Assembly: GCF_006345805.1 (NCBI RefSeq) | Contig: NC_042997.1 | Location: 89,528,001-89,592,000 of the forward strand | Reading direction: 5' to 3' | DNA from: Octopus sinensis | Taxonomy: Eukaryota | Length of the DNA stretch: 64,000 bases | In this document: one piece after another, positions 1 through 12,654 of the stretch | Layout: every line of letters begins with the position of its first letter | How positions within the stretch are numbered: the stretch's first letter is position 1 | The notes under the pieces: model-generated | The model's database searches: none | The model's input: only the letters and a program-made list of their open reading frames with translations | What the model was told of the DNA's origin: nothing | Position numbers and translations under genes: made by a program

Positions 1-2773
1 TTAGATGTTGATACATATATATTTTTTTATTACAGTTAATTCATCCTTTATTTGATGATAAAACTTGTCTGTTAATACAAATCTTAGGATTAAAGATTCT
101 TTCACCAAACTTTCAACAATCCAAACCCTTGAGTCCCGAAGACTCAGAAGAAATTCAGCTTGGTCCTGCCAAGTTTGTCTGTTGGACAGCAATAAATATC
201 TTTGATGGGTGAGTCATTACTTCATTTTTTTCTCCTATTGTTATTGTCATCACATAGTCCCATTGCAAAGTCCAGTCCTTAATGCTGTGTGGTGGTTTGT
301 TTGCCTCAGTAGCCCTGAGAGCTATGCCAGAAGAGCACAAGCTCCTGTTAAGGCCTCCCATGCTGGACAGGTCAAAGAACAGATACCAGACTAATATGGA
401 CCATCTCTTCCAAGAGGTAAAAATGGGCTTGCATAGAACTAACACCCCTATCTAGAAAAAAACAGCAAGGTTACAGAACATTGATAACAATTTAACACCA
501 ACAGAATGTGGAAGAAGTGGAAGAAGAAGGCCCAGAGTTGAAAACTAGAGAAAAGTTGTCAATGGCCTATGTTCCAAAGGAAGTGAAGAGCTTAAGTAAG
601 TATCACATAGTCTCAGCAAGAAGAGTAAGGTCTTTGTAGACTTTCCTCAGCTAGTGATACTTTTATAGGCTTTCTGCTGTACTAGTGGGGTCAATACACT
701 TCCCGTTTAACTTGATATACAACTGTCTATGTCTGTAAGAAAAGTGTTGACTAGGTAGGTTTTTCAGAAAATTCCTACTCTGGGAAGGTAGGACTGAGTG
801 ACCCTGATTAGTATGGGGTTGAGATAGGAATGACTGGATGGGAAGAGAAGGTGGGATGCGGTTTACTATTTCAGAGGAATAGAAACCATTGACACAGAGA
901 TAATACAGCCTAATGGTGACAGCAGGGTGGTGAGTATATTGTTAACAAAAAAAGAAAAAAATTAGGTAGCTTTTCTTCTTCAATTTAACAGGATATATTT
1001 GTGTGTAGCAATAGCAATGTCCCATTTAAAAGTGCAGTACTATTCTGTAAATTGTGTTTGGTATTCATAGAAGGCCAGCAACTGTTCAAGTATCTTCTGA
1101 GTGTGTGTAGAGCATGGTTAAATCTGTAAGAAATTCATGAAGTTTTAGGTTTGATTCCACTGCATGACATTTTGGGGAAGAGTAATTTTCTATAGTTTCA
1201 AATTTGACTCAAGCCTAATAAGTCAAATTGGATAGATGGAAACTGTGCAGAAACTTGTATGATGCATTGTACTAGTCTGTAATTTAAAAGTCCAGCTTTG
1301 TCCCTTGTTATGTGACATTGATTCTATTTGAGTGTTATGTTAAGGGTAAAAGTATCTGTGAAATATTCAGTCACTGGCATGCTAATTCAATGAACAAGTA
1401 GTTCGGTTGATTGAACATCTGAATATTCATCATGGAAACTGGATGAGGTCCATTCACTTACCTTACATGTGTGTGAGTTACTGTAAATGGTATCCTTCAT
1501 TGGTTCCATTTCACCCATGATCTAAGTGTAGATTTATAACACCTTTAAGCTATGAGTCTTGTTGAATTTTGTGCAGCTTTGAACTTGGATTGAGAGTAGA
1601 ACTGCTTTTCTCATTTGGTTAGAGAATATTATTTTTACATTATGCTGCTAGAGAGTATGGTGAGCATATGATTTGATGACAGGGTCGAAAATGAGTCTCT
1701 CCTCCAAAATATAAGGCCTTGTGACAATAGTAGAGAGGATTTGTTATATAAAAAAAAACTATTTTCATAGCTTGGCATTGCTGTACTGAAGAAGACCCAC
1801 TCACCACAATAGAATTGAGATTGTAAAACCAAGGTGCCATATGAAAAGCATTAGTGTGGGTGCTGGTGCCACACGAAAAGCACTGGCACTGGTACCATGG
1901 AAAAAGCACTAGTGCTGGTGACACATAAAAAACACTGGTGTTGGTGCCACATAAAAAACACTGATGATGGTGCCATGTAAAAAGCCCCCAGACTATGGAA
2001 CCTGAAGAGGCTCCTGGCCTTATCAGTTCCTGTCAAACTGTCTACCCCATGCATGCAAGGAAAACAGATATTATAAGACAAGTGGCAGCACCCATGGTCT
2101 TCTTCTGGATCTCCAGAAAAGTTGGAATGGATTTATCTTTAACCTTGAAACTAGTTTGAATGTTTATAAGAGACTGAATATGCTAAAGGTTTCCAAAGGT
2201 GCGGGGGATAGTGTTAAACCCAGGTAATAAATCTATGAAGATCAGGAGTGCAGTCTCTCTCTTTTGACTCCTTATTTCTCTTTATGTCTCTGTAATATTC
2301 TTTGTTACTCACAAATTTTTTTTTTGGTGACTTGGCTAAAAGAGAAGGTTCACAGAATCGTAAGCGATAATACATTTTGGTATAGTTTCATGCTTTTTGC
2401 AAGATAGTATGTTTTTGTTGTTGTTTGATGCCTAATATCCCTGTCTGAGCAAACACCTCTGTAACCATTCTGCCCTTTACTTAGACACAGTGTACCCAAG
2501 ACTACATTATTTCAATATGTATGTTTTTAAGATGTTAGAGTTTGGGTTGACTATGTAGCAAAGAAGTATTGGGAGAGACTTATTTTCTGTTGTATATTTT
2601 CAGAAAATCTGTGAGAAATGGCCACCATTATCTCCCTTTATTATCTGGACAGCCATCAGAGGAAGTACTCCTGCAACTTTCAAATATGTCAGCACAATCT
2701 GTCTTCAGTACACTTCATCCTGGCTCTTGCTATGTATATCAATTTTTATTATTCTCATTTTTGTAACTCTGAA

Positions 2774-2992
2774 CCCTCTAGCATTCAAATTTTTCTGTCA
2801 AATGTAATGATTATTCATTCATGTTGTTTTAAATTATTCATGCATTATCTCATAGCCTCAAGATTTTGATGATGTGATTGTTTTTTTTTTTAGAATGACA
2901 TAATAGTGTAAGTGTGAGAGGCCAGGTCTGGCTGGTTTGAGCATAAAACAAGAATATTTGGGCTGGATATGGTCAGTTTAAATGTTAAAAAG
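2774..2992 (+). mobile_element. Copy of the TTAA MITE family
   Basis: ccctctagcattcaaat..gtgtgagaggcc..ttaa; further copies on the minus strand at about 23020-23226 and 45770-45985. Confidence 0.7.
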
Positions 2993-4234
2993 TTAATTCT
3001 TTTCTACATTTTATTCTTTACAGTTAGTCTTTGTTTCTTTCTCTGTTGTTACATCTTTCCCACAATTACTTATTTTTTTTATGCATGCATGTCCATACTA
3101 TCCTATTATGCATTGTTATTTACAAGCTTCCTCTTTTCTTTTCGACTCTCTGTTCCTTCTTGTTGATTTGTTATTTAAAAAATTCTGCCAAGGCCAACTT
3201 TACCTTTCATCCTTTCAAAATCAATAAAATAAATACCAGTCAAACACTGGGGTCAAGTAATTGACTAGTCCCCTTATCCAAAATATCAGGCCTTGTGACT
3301 ATAGTAGAAAGGATTTGTTATATATATAAAAAAAAAAACTATTTTTATAACTTGGCATTGCTGTACCAAAGAAAACCCATCCATCACAACAGAATTGAGA
3401 TCCTAAAACCAAGGTGCTACATAAAAAGCATTGGTGTGGGTGCTGGTGTATGTGAAAAGCACTGGTACTGGAACCATGTAAAAAGCATTGGTGCTGGTGT
3501 CACATAAAAAACACTGGTGGTAGTACCACATAAAAAACACTGATGATGGTGCCATGTAAAAAGCCCCCAGTACATTCTGTAAAGTAGTTGCAGTTAGGAA
3601 GAGCTTCCAGCTGTAAAAACCAAGCCAAAACAGACTATGGAACCTGGCGAGGCCCCTGGACTTACCAGTTCCAGTCAAACTGTCTACCTCATGCATGCAA
3701 GGAAAACAGATGTTAAATAATGATGATGATAAGACAAGTGGCAGCTCCCATGGTCTTCATTCTGGATCTCCAGGAAAGTTGGAATGGATTTATCTTTAAC
3801 CTTGAAAACTGGTTTGAATGTTTATAAGAGACTGAATATGCTAAAGGTTTCCAAAGGAACAGGTGATAGTGTTAAACCCAGGTAATAAATTAAATCTATG
3901 AAGATCAGGAATGCAGTTTCTCTCTTTTGACTCCTTATTTCTCTTTATGTCTCTGTAATATTCTTTGTTACATATTTTTTTGTTTTTATTTTCTATTTTT
4001 CCTTATTATCTTTACTACAGTTTGTTACCTAACATTACAATCATCTCTGCTCTCACCTATATAATATTGTTTTGCTTGTCACAATACATATTAGAGTGTT
4101 ATGCTTTCAACAACCTTAACAATAAAATGAAATTGATGACAGAGATAAAACCTTTAACCTAATGAAACAAGTTTGAGTGTTATGCTTTAAAAAGGCTTTA
4201 CTATGGAATGAACTTGAAGACAATTGAAATCATC

Positions 4235-4745
4235 AGTCTGGAACCCCTATCTTGCTTGGCATATCAATCTCCTGGAAACTGTTCAGAAATGTACACCCAG
4301 ATGAATACCCACTGTGAGGCATCTACCATACTCTGAACTTCTTGCTTCTGTGGGCATGAACACATTAAAGCTCTGACATCTGGCAACTGAGTTGTAGATA
4401 CCAACAAGATTATTCATCATCTTTCCAACAACAACCTTGGGTACCTTTTTGAATTCCATATGTCTAACACTAGTGGACACGCTTACAAAATCAAAAAACA
4501 ACACAGCATCCATGACTTTCAGAAACAGTTTTTCATGCTCAGAATTGCTGAAGCATGGATTAAACTCCCCACATCAGTTGTTAGCTGTCAAAACTTCCAT
4601 GCTTCCTGAAATTCACCAATAGTATACCTTATGCTCCATCCCTTTCTTTAACAACCCACCCACTGTTCAGTTCCTGTACATGTTCCATGTACTGTTCATG
4701 CACTTTTGGTTACTTTTTCTGATGCGTTGTCATGCACTTGAGCAC
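4235..4745 (+). mobile_element. CR1/L2-group LINE 3' end
   Basis: NTSGHAYKIKK..KQFFMLRIAEAWIKLP matches the CR1 C-terminal TRGH..FF..RV..WN.LP pattern. Confidence 0.75.
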
Positions 4746-5890
4746 TGAATACCATAAATTTTTAACATGATAAAACTGTTATAATGATGTATAAATTTCA
4801 GGCAACAAAATAGAAATAAAAACATTAATAAAACCTGAAATTTCCATGGGTCCTCTAGTTACTGTTGATTTCTTTTAATTAAACTAAAGTGGTTGCCTCT
4901 ATATCATCCCTCGACATGCTAGAAATAGCAACCAAATCTCCTTCTGGGTTAATTCTTTTTTCTGTTAGTTCTAGTACTGATTTCTTACAAAAGTAGAAAA
5001 TCAGCATTTTGGTTGAAGAGGGCAGTTGATTATACTGGATCCAGTACTTGACTGGTACTTATTTTATCACCTGTGAAATACAAAGCTAATCTCAGTACCA
5101 TTTGAATATAGAATGTAAAAGGCCTTAAATAAAATGTCACAAGTGTTTTGTTTGACACTTTTAAGATTCTTCCACTCCATCTGAGTGATGGCATTTAGAG
5201 ATTAATTACCTTTTATCTCCTATTTTTGACTTGTTCCAGTCATTAGACTGTGACCATGCTGGGGCACTGCCTTGCCAAACTGCTGAGTTGTGGCAATATA
5301 AACTAACCAACACCAGTAGTCAAGCTGTGAGTGAGGGAAGAGGACAAACGCACACTCACACTCACACACCTATGCATACATACATGATGGGCTTGTACAG
5401 TTTCCACTCACCAAATTCACTCACAAGGAATTGGTCACCCTGGAGTTATAGCTGGAGACACTAACCCAAAGTGCAGCACAGTGCGATTGAACCCAAAACC
5501 ACATGGGTACAAAGGGAGGTTCTTAATCAGACAGCCATCATATTGACATTTTATCCAACACACCCTTCCTTTTTTAAAGTGGTAGAAAATAATTCAAAGG
5601 AGATTTGACTGCTATTTCTAACAGATCAAGGAACCATATAGGCCTTCTTATTAGGTTGTTTAGTGCTCACTACACAAGTTGCTGAAATGAATACTAACCT
5701 AAGGGAAACACTTTTGTTTCTGATATTAATTATATCACAGTCTATGGCATTATTTCCACATTGAAGAAATAACTATTTACTTTTGTAAACTGAGAGGCTT
5801 CAGATTTGAACCTGAGATGCTGAAGTTTGGTCCTACATCATTCTTTCTGACTATTTTGTTGACACTTGTCTTATCTTCTCCATGTTACAG

Positions 5891-5959
5891 GGCACAGCCA
5901 GCTTACTCCTTTCAATGTGGGATGGACACTTTGAATTTGAAGAACTTCCTCAGATAGTA
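5891..5959 (+). CDS. Candidate upstream exon of the same gene: GTASLLLSMWDGHFEFEELPQIV
   Basis: Acceptor cttatcttctccatgttacag, donor gtaaat; 69 nt phase 0-0, joins 11517 in frame. Confidence 0.5.
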
Positions 5960-6216
5960 GTAAATATTTTATAAATATTTCATTCTGTTGACATCCATCA
6001 AGTATAAAGTATATCATTTCTTGATTATCTCTTCACTGTCAGATTAGGCAAGCTGTAGCTGTAGGATAAGAAGTTAATTTCCTAACCACATGACTCTAGT
6101 TTCAATGCCATTGTATAGGACCTTGGGTAAGTGTCTTCTACTATAGCCGTGGGCTGACCAAAGCCTTGTGAATGAATTTGGTAGAGAGGAACTGAAAGAA
6201 GCCAGTTCTGTGTGTG

Positions 6217-6348
<132 letters not shown>

Positions 6349-6489
6349 ACCTAATACTCTGTTGAATCCCTAGAGCAAAACCGATCGGTAAGATCAGCTG
6401 TAATGGATATATAATATTGTACACTTCAGTTAATATATATACATACAGGCCCAAAAGTCATGCAGTAAAACTTATGTTATTATTGTTAT

Positions 6490-6535
<46 letters not shown>

Positions 6536-6546
6536 TAATAATAATA

Positions 6547-6605
<59 letters not shown>

Positions 6606-7079
6606 TTTTGTTCAACATACGCATGTATCCATCATTATATTATTTATGGTAATTCAATTTTAGAAAAATTGAAGCATGCCTTTGACAATTCTGGAGCATA
6701 TTGAGCTTATTTTGTGCATGACTATTGGCTCACCCCATGTGTGTGTGTATATGTGTGTTACTGTCTCCTTGCCATGACATTATGTGATGATTTTAAATGA
6801 GTGTCACTGTCATTCAAGTGGTGTCTTTTATTTTCAATCTTCTGTGTAAGCATGTTTTATCATAAAGAAATATAACCTTATTTGGAAACAGGTGAGGGTT
6901 GGTGACAGGAAGGGCATCTGGCTGTAGAAAATTTGCCTCAACAAATTCTATCTGACCCAGGCAAGCATGGAAATGTGGACATTAAAATAATGATATTAGG
7001 GTACTAAAGGTATTGCCCACAGTCCACTTGGGCATTTTTGGATTTAAAAGTCAGTGATGTGAGTGAACTAATAAGATAA

Positions 7080-7485
7080 TTCAAATATGTTTATTTAGTG
7101 TTGTGAGGGCTAATTTACCAGCTTCCCAAATAATCCTATTGTAGCATTCAATTTGGCCATTGTCACATGAATTGTAATGTGTAGTTTTACATGTGATGAC
7201 TCTGTTTATTTAAACAATCTTTTGTCAGTAGCTATGCACTATGATCAGAGTGGATTATCTAGTGGTGCCATTTAATCTAAAGATTCAATCTGGACACTTT
7301 ATAACAGCTTCATATTTGGATAATATTTTGCAAAATCAAAGCACGACAATCATTAATGTCCACGAAGAGATTCTTCTTGTAAGATAATGGATGATATCAC
7401 TGGTCCTTTAAAATCAATATTAAGATGCTCAATAGGTTCAGTAGCCTTGATCAGAGCACCTTCTTGTGGGTGAAAGAATTAAGAG
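7080..7485 (-). mobile_element. Decayed Ty3/Gypsy integrase core
   Basis: Minus-strand translation gives FFHPQEGALIKATEPIEHLNIDFKGP, IIHSD and TTHYNSCDNGQIECYNRIIW (rve D,D,E motifs) with stops. Confidence 0.8.
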
Positions 7486-9244
7486 TTAAATTTGGCACAC
7501 AATCAGTAAAAAGTTAATTATTGTTAACATAGATCATATGAGCAAAAAAAAAAAAGATTTCACCGGGCAGCAGTTATATGTGATAATTAGTGATTATGTT
7601 TGTTAATTGTTAATATTGTTTTGCTCTACATTGGCTCTGATAGAATAGACCTATGATCAAAAGAGCTTTGGTCATGGCTATTCTATTTTTCCTTTTGGGT
7701 TTTCAGTGCTGCATATTTAAAATTACATCATCCAATGTGGTCTTAAATATCATCTTTTTAAAAATAGTCAGGTATGATTTATGGGTAATTTGCCTGCTAT
7801 TTTTAACAAGTCAATGGGCTGAATAATGTAGGAGTATTAAACATATGACCTAATTTTATTTTTTTTATTTTAAAGATATTCTGTAAAATATATATTGTTA
7901 GCGTGCATTCAGAGTCAGAGTCCTGATTGACACTAGTTCTGATAAATCAAATCAGAACATCATAGGGAATCTTTTGATGTCTCATCCAATGAAAAAGAAG
8001 CTTATAAATCAATATCACACACAGTGTTGTGACCTCTTTTCCCTTCACTTTATCTATACACAGTGAACCAAGCAGAAGCTTCCTTTCTCTAAATTTTTTG
8101 TATATATTTGTCCAAATGCACTCTAGTGATATGCATGATAACAAAAAGGTTTTGCAGCTGAAACAGTGCTAGCTCTGAAAGAAGTCTTTTACAGCAAAAT
8201 CAGCCAAATTTTGTTAATATATCTGATGTGGATATTAGTAATTTTAAGGAGTTATCCAGCATTTCAAAAAACGAAATAGATGAGACATAGCTATAATAAC
8301 TCATAGCTGGTGGAGTGAAAAGTATCTTTAAAATGGAAATAACCTCTTTTCAATGATAGTGTACTGCTTTTGTTAAAAGATAATTCGAATTTTACAAATT
8401 ATTTTATCTACAATTTATATATTTGCCTAACTCCATTTTGCCAAAGCAAAGAATAGTTCATGATGAATGTAGAATAATGCCAAAAGAAAACAGTGAACAG
8501 ATTTAGATATAATTCTTTGTTTAAAAAAAAATTTATATTTTTGTTTTCTCTTTTGAAAATTGAAAGGTAAATCAGTCTGTTTAATTTGCAGTAAATGGAT
8601 TTCTGTTCTTAATGAGTACAATGGGCAATGATACATTTCTCACAATGAAAATATTTTTAACCTCTGTGCTTCCAAATTTGAAATACTCAGCCTTCATGTC
8701 AATAAATTTTGAAAATAATGTAGAATTTAGTAAAATAACTTTGTCATTATCAAGCTGTTGTTTGGAATATAAAATAGGTAGCTGTTTAAAAGCTATCCAT
8801 TGGGAATAGTGAGACAGACTTTAGAGGAGGTAGAAAGATAAATCTTAATCAATGCATAGATACTGAGCAGTATATATTTATATAATGGATAAAATCCTTT
8901 TTTTTTCTTTAAAAAGCAGAAAAATTTGTCAGCAGCTAACCACGAGGATTGAATACTCTACCATATTCGAGTGAGGTTGTTGCCAGTGCCACTGGAATGT
9001 CTCCTGTGCAGGTGGCACGTAAAAAACACCATTTGTGTGTGGCCGTTGCCAGTACTGCCCAACTGGCCCTCGTGCCGGTCGCACGTAAAAGCACTCACTA
9101 TACTCTTGGAGAAGTTGACGTTAGGAAGAGTATCCGGCTGTAGAAACTCTGCCAGATTAGATTGGAGCCTGGTGCTGCCACCTAGCTTGCCAGTCCTCAG
9201 TCAAACACTCCAACCCATACCAGCATGGAAAGCGGACATTAAAC

Positions 9245-9273
9245 GATGATGATGATGATGATGATGATGACGA

Positions 9274-9332
<59 letters not shown>

Positions 9333-9355
9333 ACACCGCCGACGCCGACGCCGAT
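9245..9355 (+). repeat. (GAT)n grading into (GAC)n/(GCC)n trinucleotide tract
   Basis: Direct reading; tail of the element at 8965-9245. Confidence 0.95.
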
Positions 9356-10468
9356 TAAGCTAAGCTGCCTGACCGCCAAACCTTTCTGCAATTTAAGAAG
9401 TTATAGAGTCATCCAGAAACACTAGATGTTGTATAGGTTATGTCCAATATAACCAAACAAGTTTGTTTTTGAAGCGTTGAAATGTATTGTAGAACAACTA
9501 AAAAGCTAATTTTATTCAACACGTAGATACTGAACAGTATATATATAAAGGATAAAATCTGTTTTTTTCTTTTAAAAGCAGAAAGGTTTGCCGGTCAACT
9601 GGATATTGGAGGAGTGTGAGTTTGATCCTCGTGGCTGGCTGCCGACAAATTTTTCTGCTTTTAAAAGAAAAAAAAAGAAGGATTTTGTCCTTTATATATA
9701 TACTGTTAAGTATCTATGCATTGATTAAAATTTATCTTTCTACTTGTTCTACAATACATTTCAATGCTTCGAAAACAAATTTGTTATTTACATTGGAAAT
9801 AGACTTTAGAGGATTTTAAATATCTCTTTAATTAGAATTATTCACACAGATACAAAGAAGCATGAATGAAGTGAGATGAGAAAGAAAAAGAAAGAAAAGA
9901 AAAGAAAGGAAAAGTGGGGATGGGTAAAACAGTGTAAGATGAAGGTGGAGGGGGCGACGGGCTACATATTCCAGAACAAGTGGGGTGCTCAGCCATGCCC
10001 CACAGTGGCATTGTTGTGGAGAATGGTGGGCAACACTTGCTGCAGCAGCCACTATACCTTGCAGGGCTCATTTTAAATATTTGCTTCTCGTATTTATCAT
10101 ACTCCTCAACAACTTTCTTCACTACAAACATTTCCTTGAGTAAATGAGAAAGCTTCTATTCAGTCATATGATCTGTTAGAAATAGTAGCCAAATCTCCCT
10201 CCGAACACAACTTACTTTTGATACAAGGCCAGCAATTTTGGGGTAGGGAGTGAGTCAATTGCATCAACCCCAGTGCTTAATTGGTACTTGTTTTATCAAC
10301 TCTGAAAGAATGAAAGGTAGAGTCTTAAGAAGTAAATGACACATTGAACAATGTAACCCTCCAGACATCCCGTCCCTAAAAAGGCAGAAAGGTCATAGTA
10401 TAATTCCTTTAATTATGAATATATTCAGTCAAGGTGATATACACTATATTTCTATATAAAGTATTGTA

Positions 10469-10687
10469 CAAGGGGATGCTGGAAAGTTCCTGGCTTTAAG
10501 GGTATTGTAAAAAGCCTGGTTGGAGGCCCAACCTTCTGAGTTCTTTCACTGGGATTAGAGAAACTGAAGGGCCGCTGCAATAAGTGTATGAATCTGAGTG
10601 GAGAGTATGCTGAATAAAATTATAATTAACTGATCCTCTTGTATTTTCTTTTACCCAAAGCCAGGAACTTTTCAGCCCCCATCCCTG
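10469..10687 (+). mobile_element. mariner-derived internally deleted element (MITE)
   Basis: TIRs caaggggatgctggaaagttcctggcttt / aaagccaggaacttttcagcccccatccctg, TA on both sides; internal GLEKLKGRCNKCMNLSGEYAE* is a mariner transposase C-terminus. Confidence 0.88.
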
Positions 10688-10851
10688 TATATGTATGTAT
10701 ACACATAGATACATACACACCCATCAAAGATATAAAGTGTTATTTCTTAATAACAAAAATTCAAGCAAAATCTCTTAAAAAAAAGAAATGAAATATTTAA
10801 ATTTGCAGAAGTATGCTACCCTGCACAAGTGTGCTCCCAAAAAATCCTGCT

Positions 10852-11490
10852 AATATTTGTCTAATTTACGCTGAGAAGCTGGCAGAATATTTAGCATGCT
10901 GGGCAAAATGCTCAGTGGCATTTCAAATCTTCACATTCTGAGTTCAAATTCTACTAAGGTAGACTCTACCTTTTATTCTTTCAGGATTGATAAAACAAGT
11001 ACCAATTAAGCACTGGGGTTGATGTAATTTACTTGCTCCCTACACCCAAATTGCTAGTCTTGTGTCAAAATTTGAATCCAATATTTGTCTCATTTAGGGT
11101 GGAAAACTGGCAGAATTGTTAGCATGCTGGGAAAATAGTATTTTGTCCATGTTTACATTCTGAGTTCAGATTCTGCCAAGGTTGACTCTACTTTTCATCT
11201 TTTTCGATAAAATAGGTACTAATTGATGTAATTGACTTGCCACTTTCCCCAAACTTGCTGGCCTTGTGCCAAGATTTGAAACCAAAATTTGAGTTGCTAG
11301 AATTGTTAGTGTGCCAGGCAAAATGCTTAGTGGCATTTTGTCTGTCTTTATGTTTTGAGTACAAATTCAGCCATGGTCGACTTCACCTATCATCTGTTTT
11401 GATAAAATTAGTATCAATTGAGAACTGGATTTGATGTAATCAACTTATCACCTCCCCTAAACTTGCTTGCCTTGTGCCAATATTTGTCTA
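10852..11490 (+). mobile_element. Tandem array of 3-4 tRNA-like SINEs
   Basis: Repeated gctggcagaat..gttagca..gagttcaaattc..gataaaat.agtacca unit; aatatttgtct recurs at about 10852, 11080 and 11479. Confidence 0.8.
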
Positions 11491-11516
11491 ATATGTTTTC
11501 ACCTTCATTGCTTCAG

Positions 11517-11717
11517 GACCACAAAGAGATGTTAAATACAGTAGGTCAAGTTGAAGATTATCAGAAGGAAGATTTTAAAGGAACCCAGCACAGTAAAGAT
11601 TGGAGGGATACAATTCGTAACCTAATTGAGGAAAACAACAAGGGAAATACAGAGAGTTTTCTTCAGAAGTTAAATGACTTTGAAGAAATTGTTACAAACA
11701 AGTTAGAGCACTTTATG
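11517..11717 (+). CDS. Internal exon of an unidentified gene: DHKEMLNTVGQVEDYQKEDFKGTQHSKDWRDTIRNLIEENNKGNTESFLQKLNDFEEIVTNKLEHFM
   Basis: Acceptor ttttcaccttcattgcttcag, donor gtaagg; 201 nt phase 0-0; non-repetitive, helical-looking peptide inside ORF 11418-11762. Confidence 0.75.
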
Positions 11718-12147
11718 GTAAGGCATGACATTTTAAAAACAATTTTATCAATTTATAATTAGATTTAATAGAGAGAGAAAGTGCATGAGAAAGAGAGAGA
11801 GAGAGAGAGAGACTGTGCATAAGAAAGAGAGAGAGAGTGCATGAGAGAGAGAGAGAGTAATAAAAATTTAGAAAGGAAGACAAAAGTAAAATAAAACCGA
11901 ATGTTATCAACTAGGAGTAAATGAAACTGCTGGAAGATGATTATTTTGTATTATCATTATAGAAAGAGAGAAACTGCAATAACTAACTGTTAAGATGTCA
12001 TGTAGTGAGGGATAACATTAGTTTTCCATCTTGTCTTCCTTGTCACCATACACACACACACAAATAAGAGGTGTGTTACGCATTAATATTTCATCTTCAT
12101 CAACATCAGTATGTACATACATATACATACATATAAAATAGCCATTC

Positions 12148-12625
12148 ATAGTACAAAGGAGTATTGGTGGAATGTCCCAGTGAAAACCTCAATAAACTGT
12201 TAGCACAATAGACCTGATATAATGATTTGGGATAGAGAAGAGAAACTGTGTACAGTTGTGGAAATTAGCTGTCCAGAGGATGTTAACATAAAGATGAAGA
12301 TCAGTGAAAAAGAGAATACATACACTGAACTATTGAGAAATCTGCAGTTACTCTATCCAGATTATGAGTTCAGATTTATACCTGTAATTATTGGGGCCCT
12401 GGGATATGTAACACACCGCCTAAATACCAATTATAGAAATTAGGCTTCTCAAAACTGGAAAGGAGAAAGCTAATTCAAAGACTACAGAGCCAATCCATCA
12501 CTGGAACTGTAAAAATCTGTAAAACTTTCCAGAAGTTTATCATTTAAATTTATATGAGCATGTCTAAATATACAACAATATGCATGAGAATACATATATA
12601 AAGCAAAGCATACAAATCTGCACAT
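12148..12625 (+). mobile_element. 3' fragment of an R4/Dong-like LINE with restriction-like endonuclease
   Basis: WWNVPVK..HNRPDIMIWDREEK..VVEISCP..IPVIIGALG; (CATA)-type repeats on both sides. Confidence 0.85.
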
Positions 12626-12654
12626 ATACATACATACATACATACATACATACA

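Noticed and set aside
2604-2710. Possible further plus-strand exon after ttttcag
   Set aside because: No convincing donor or frame link to 5891.
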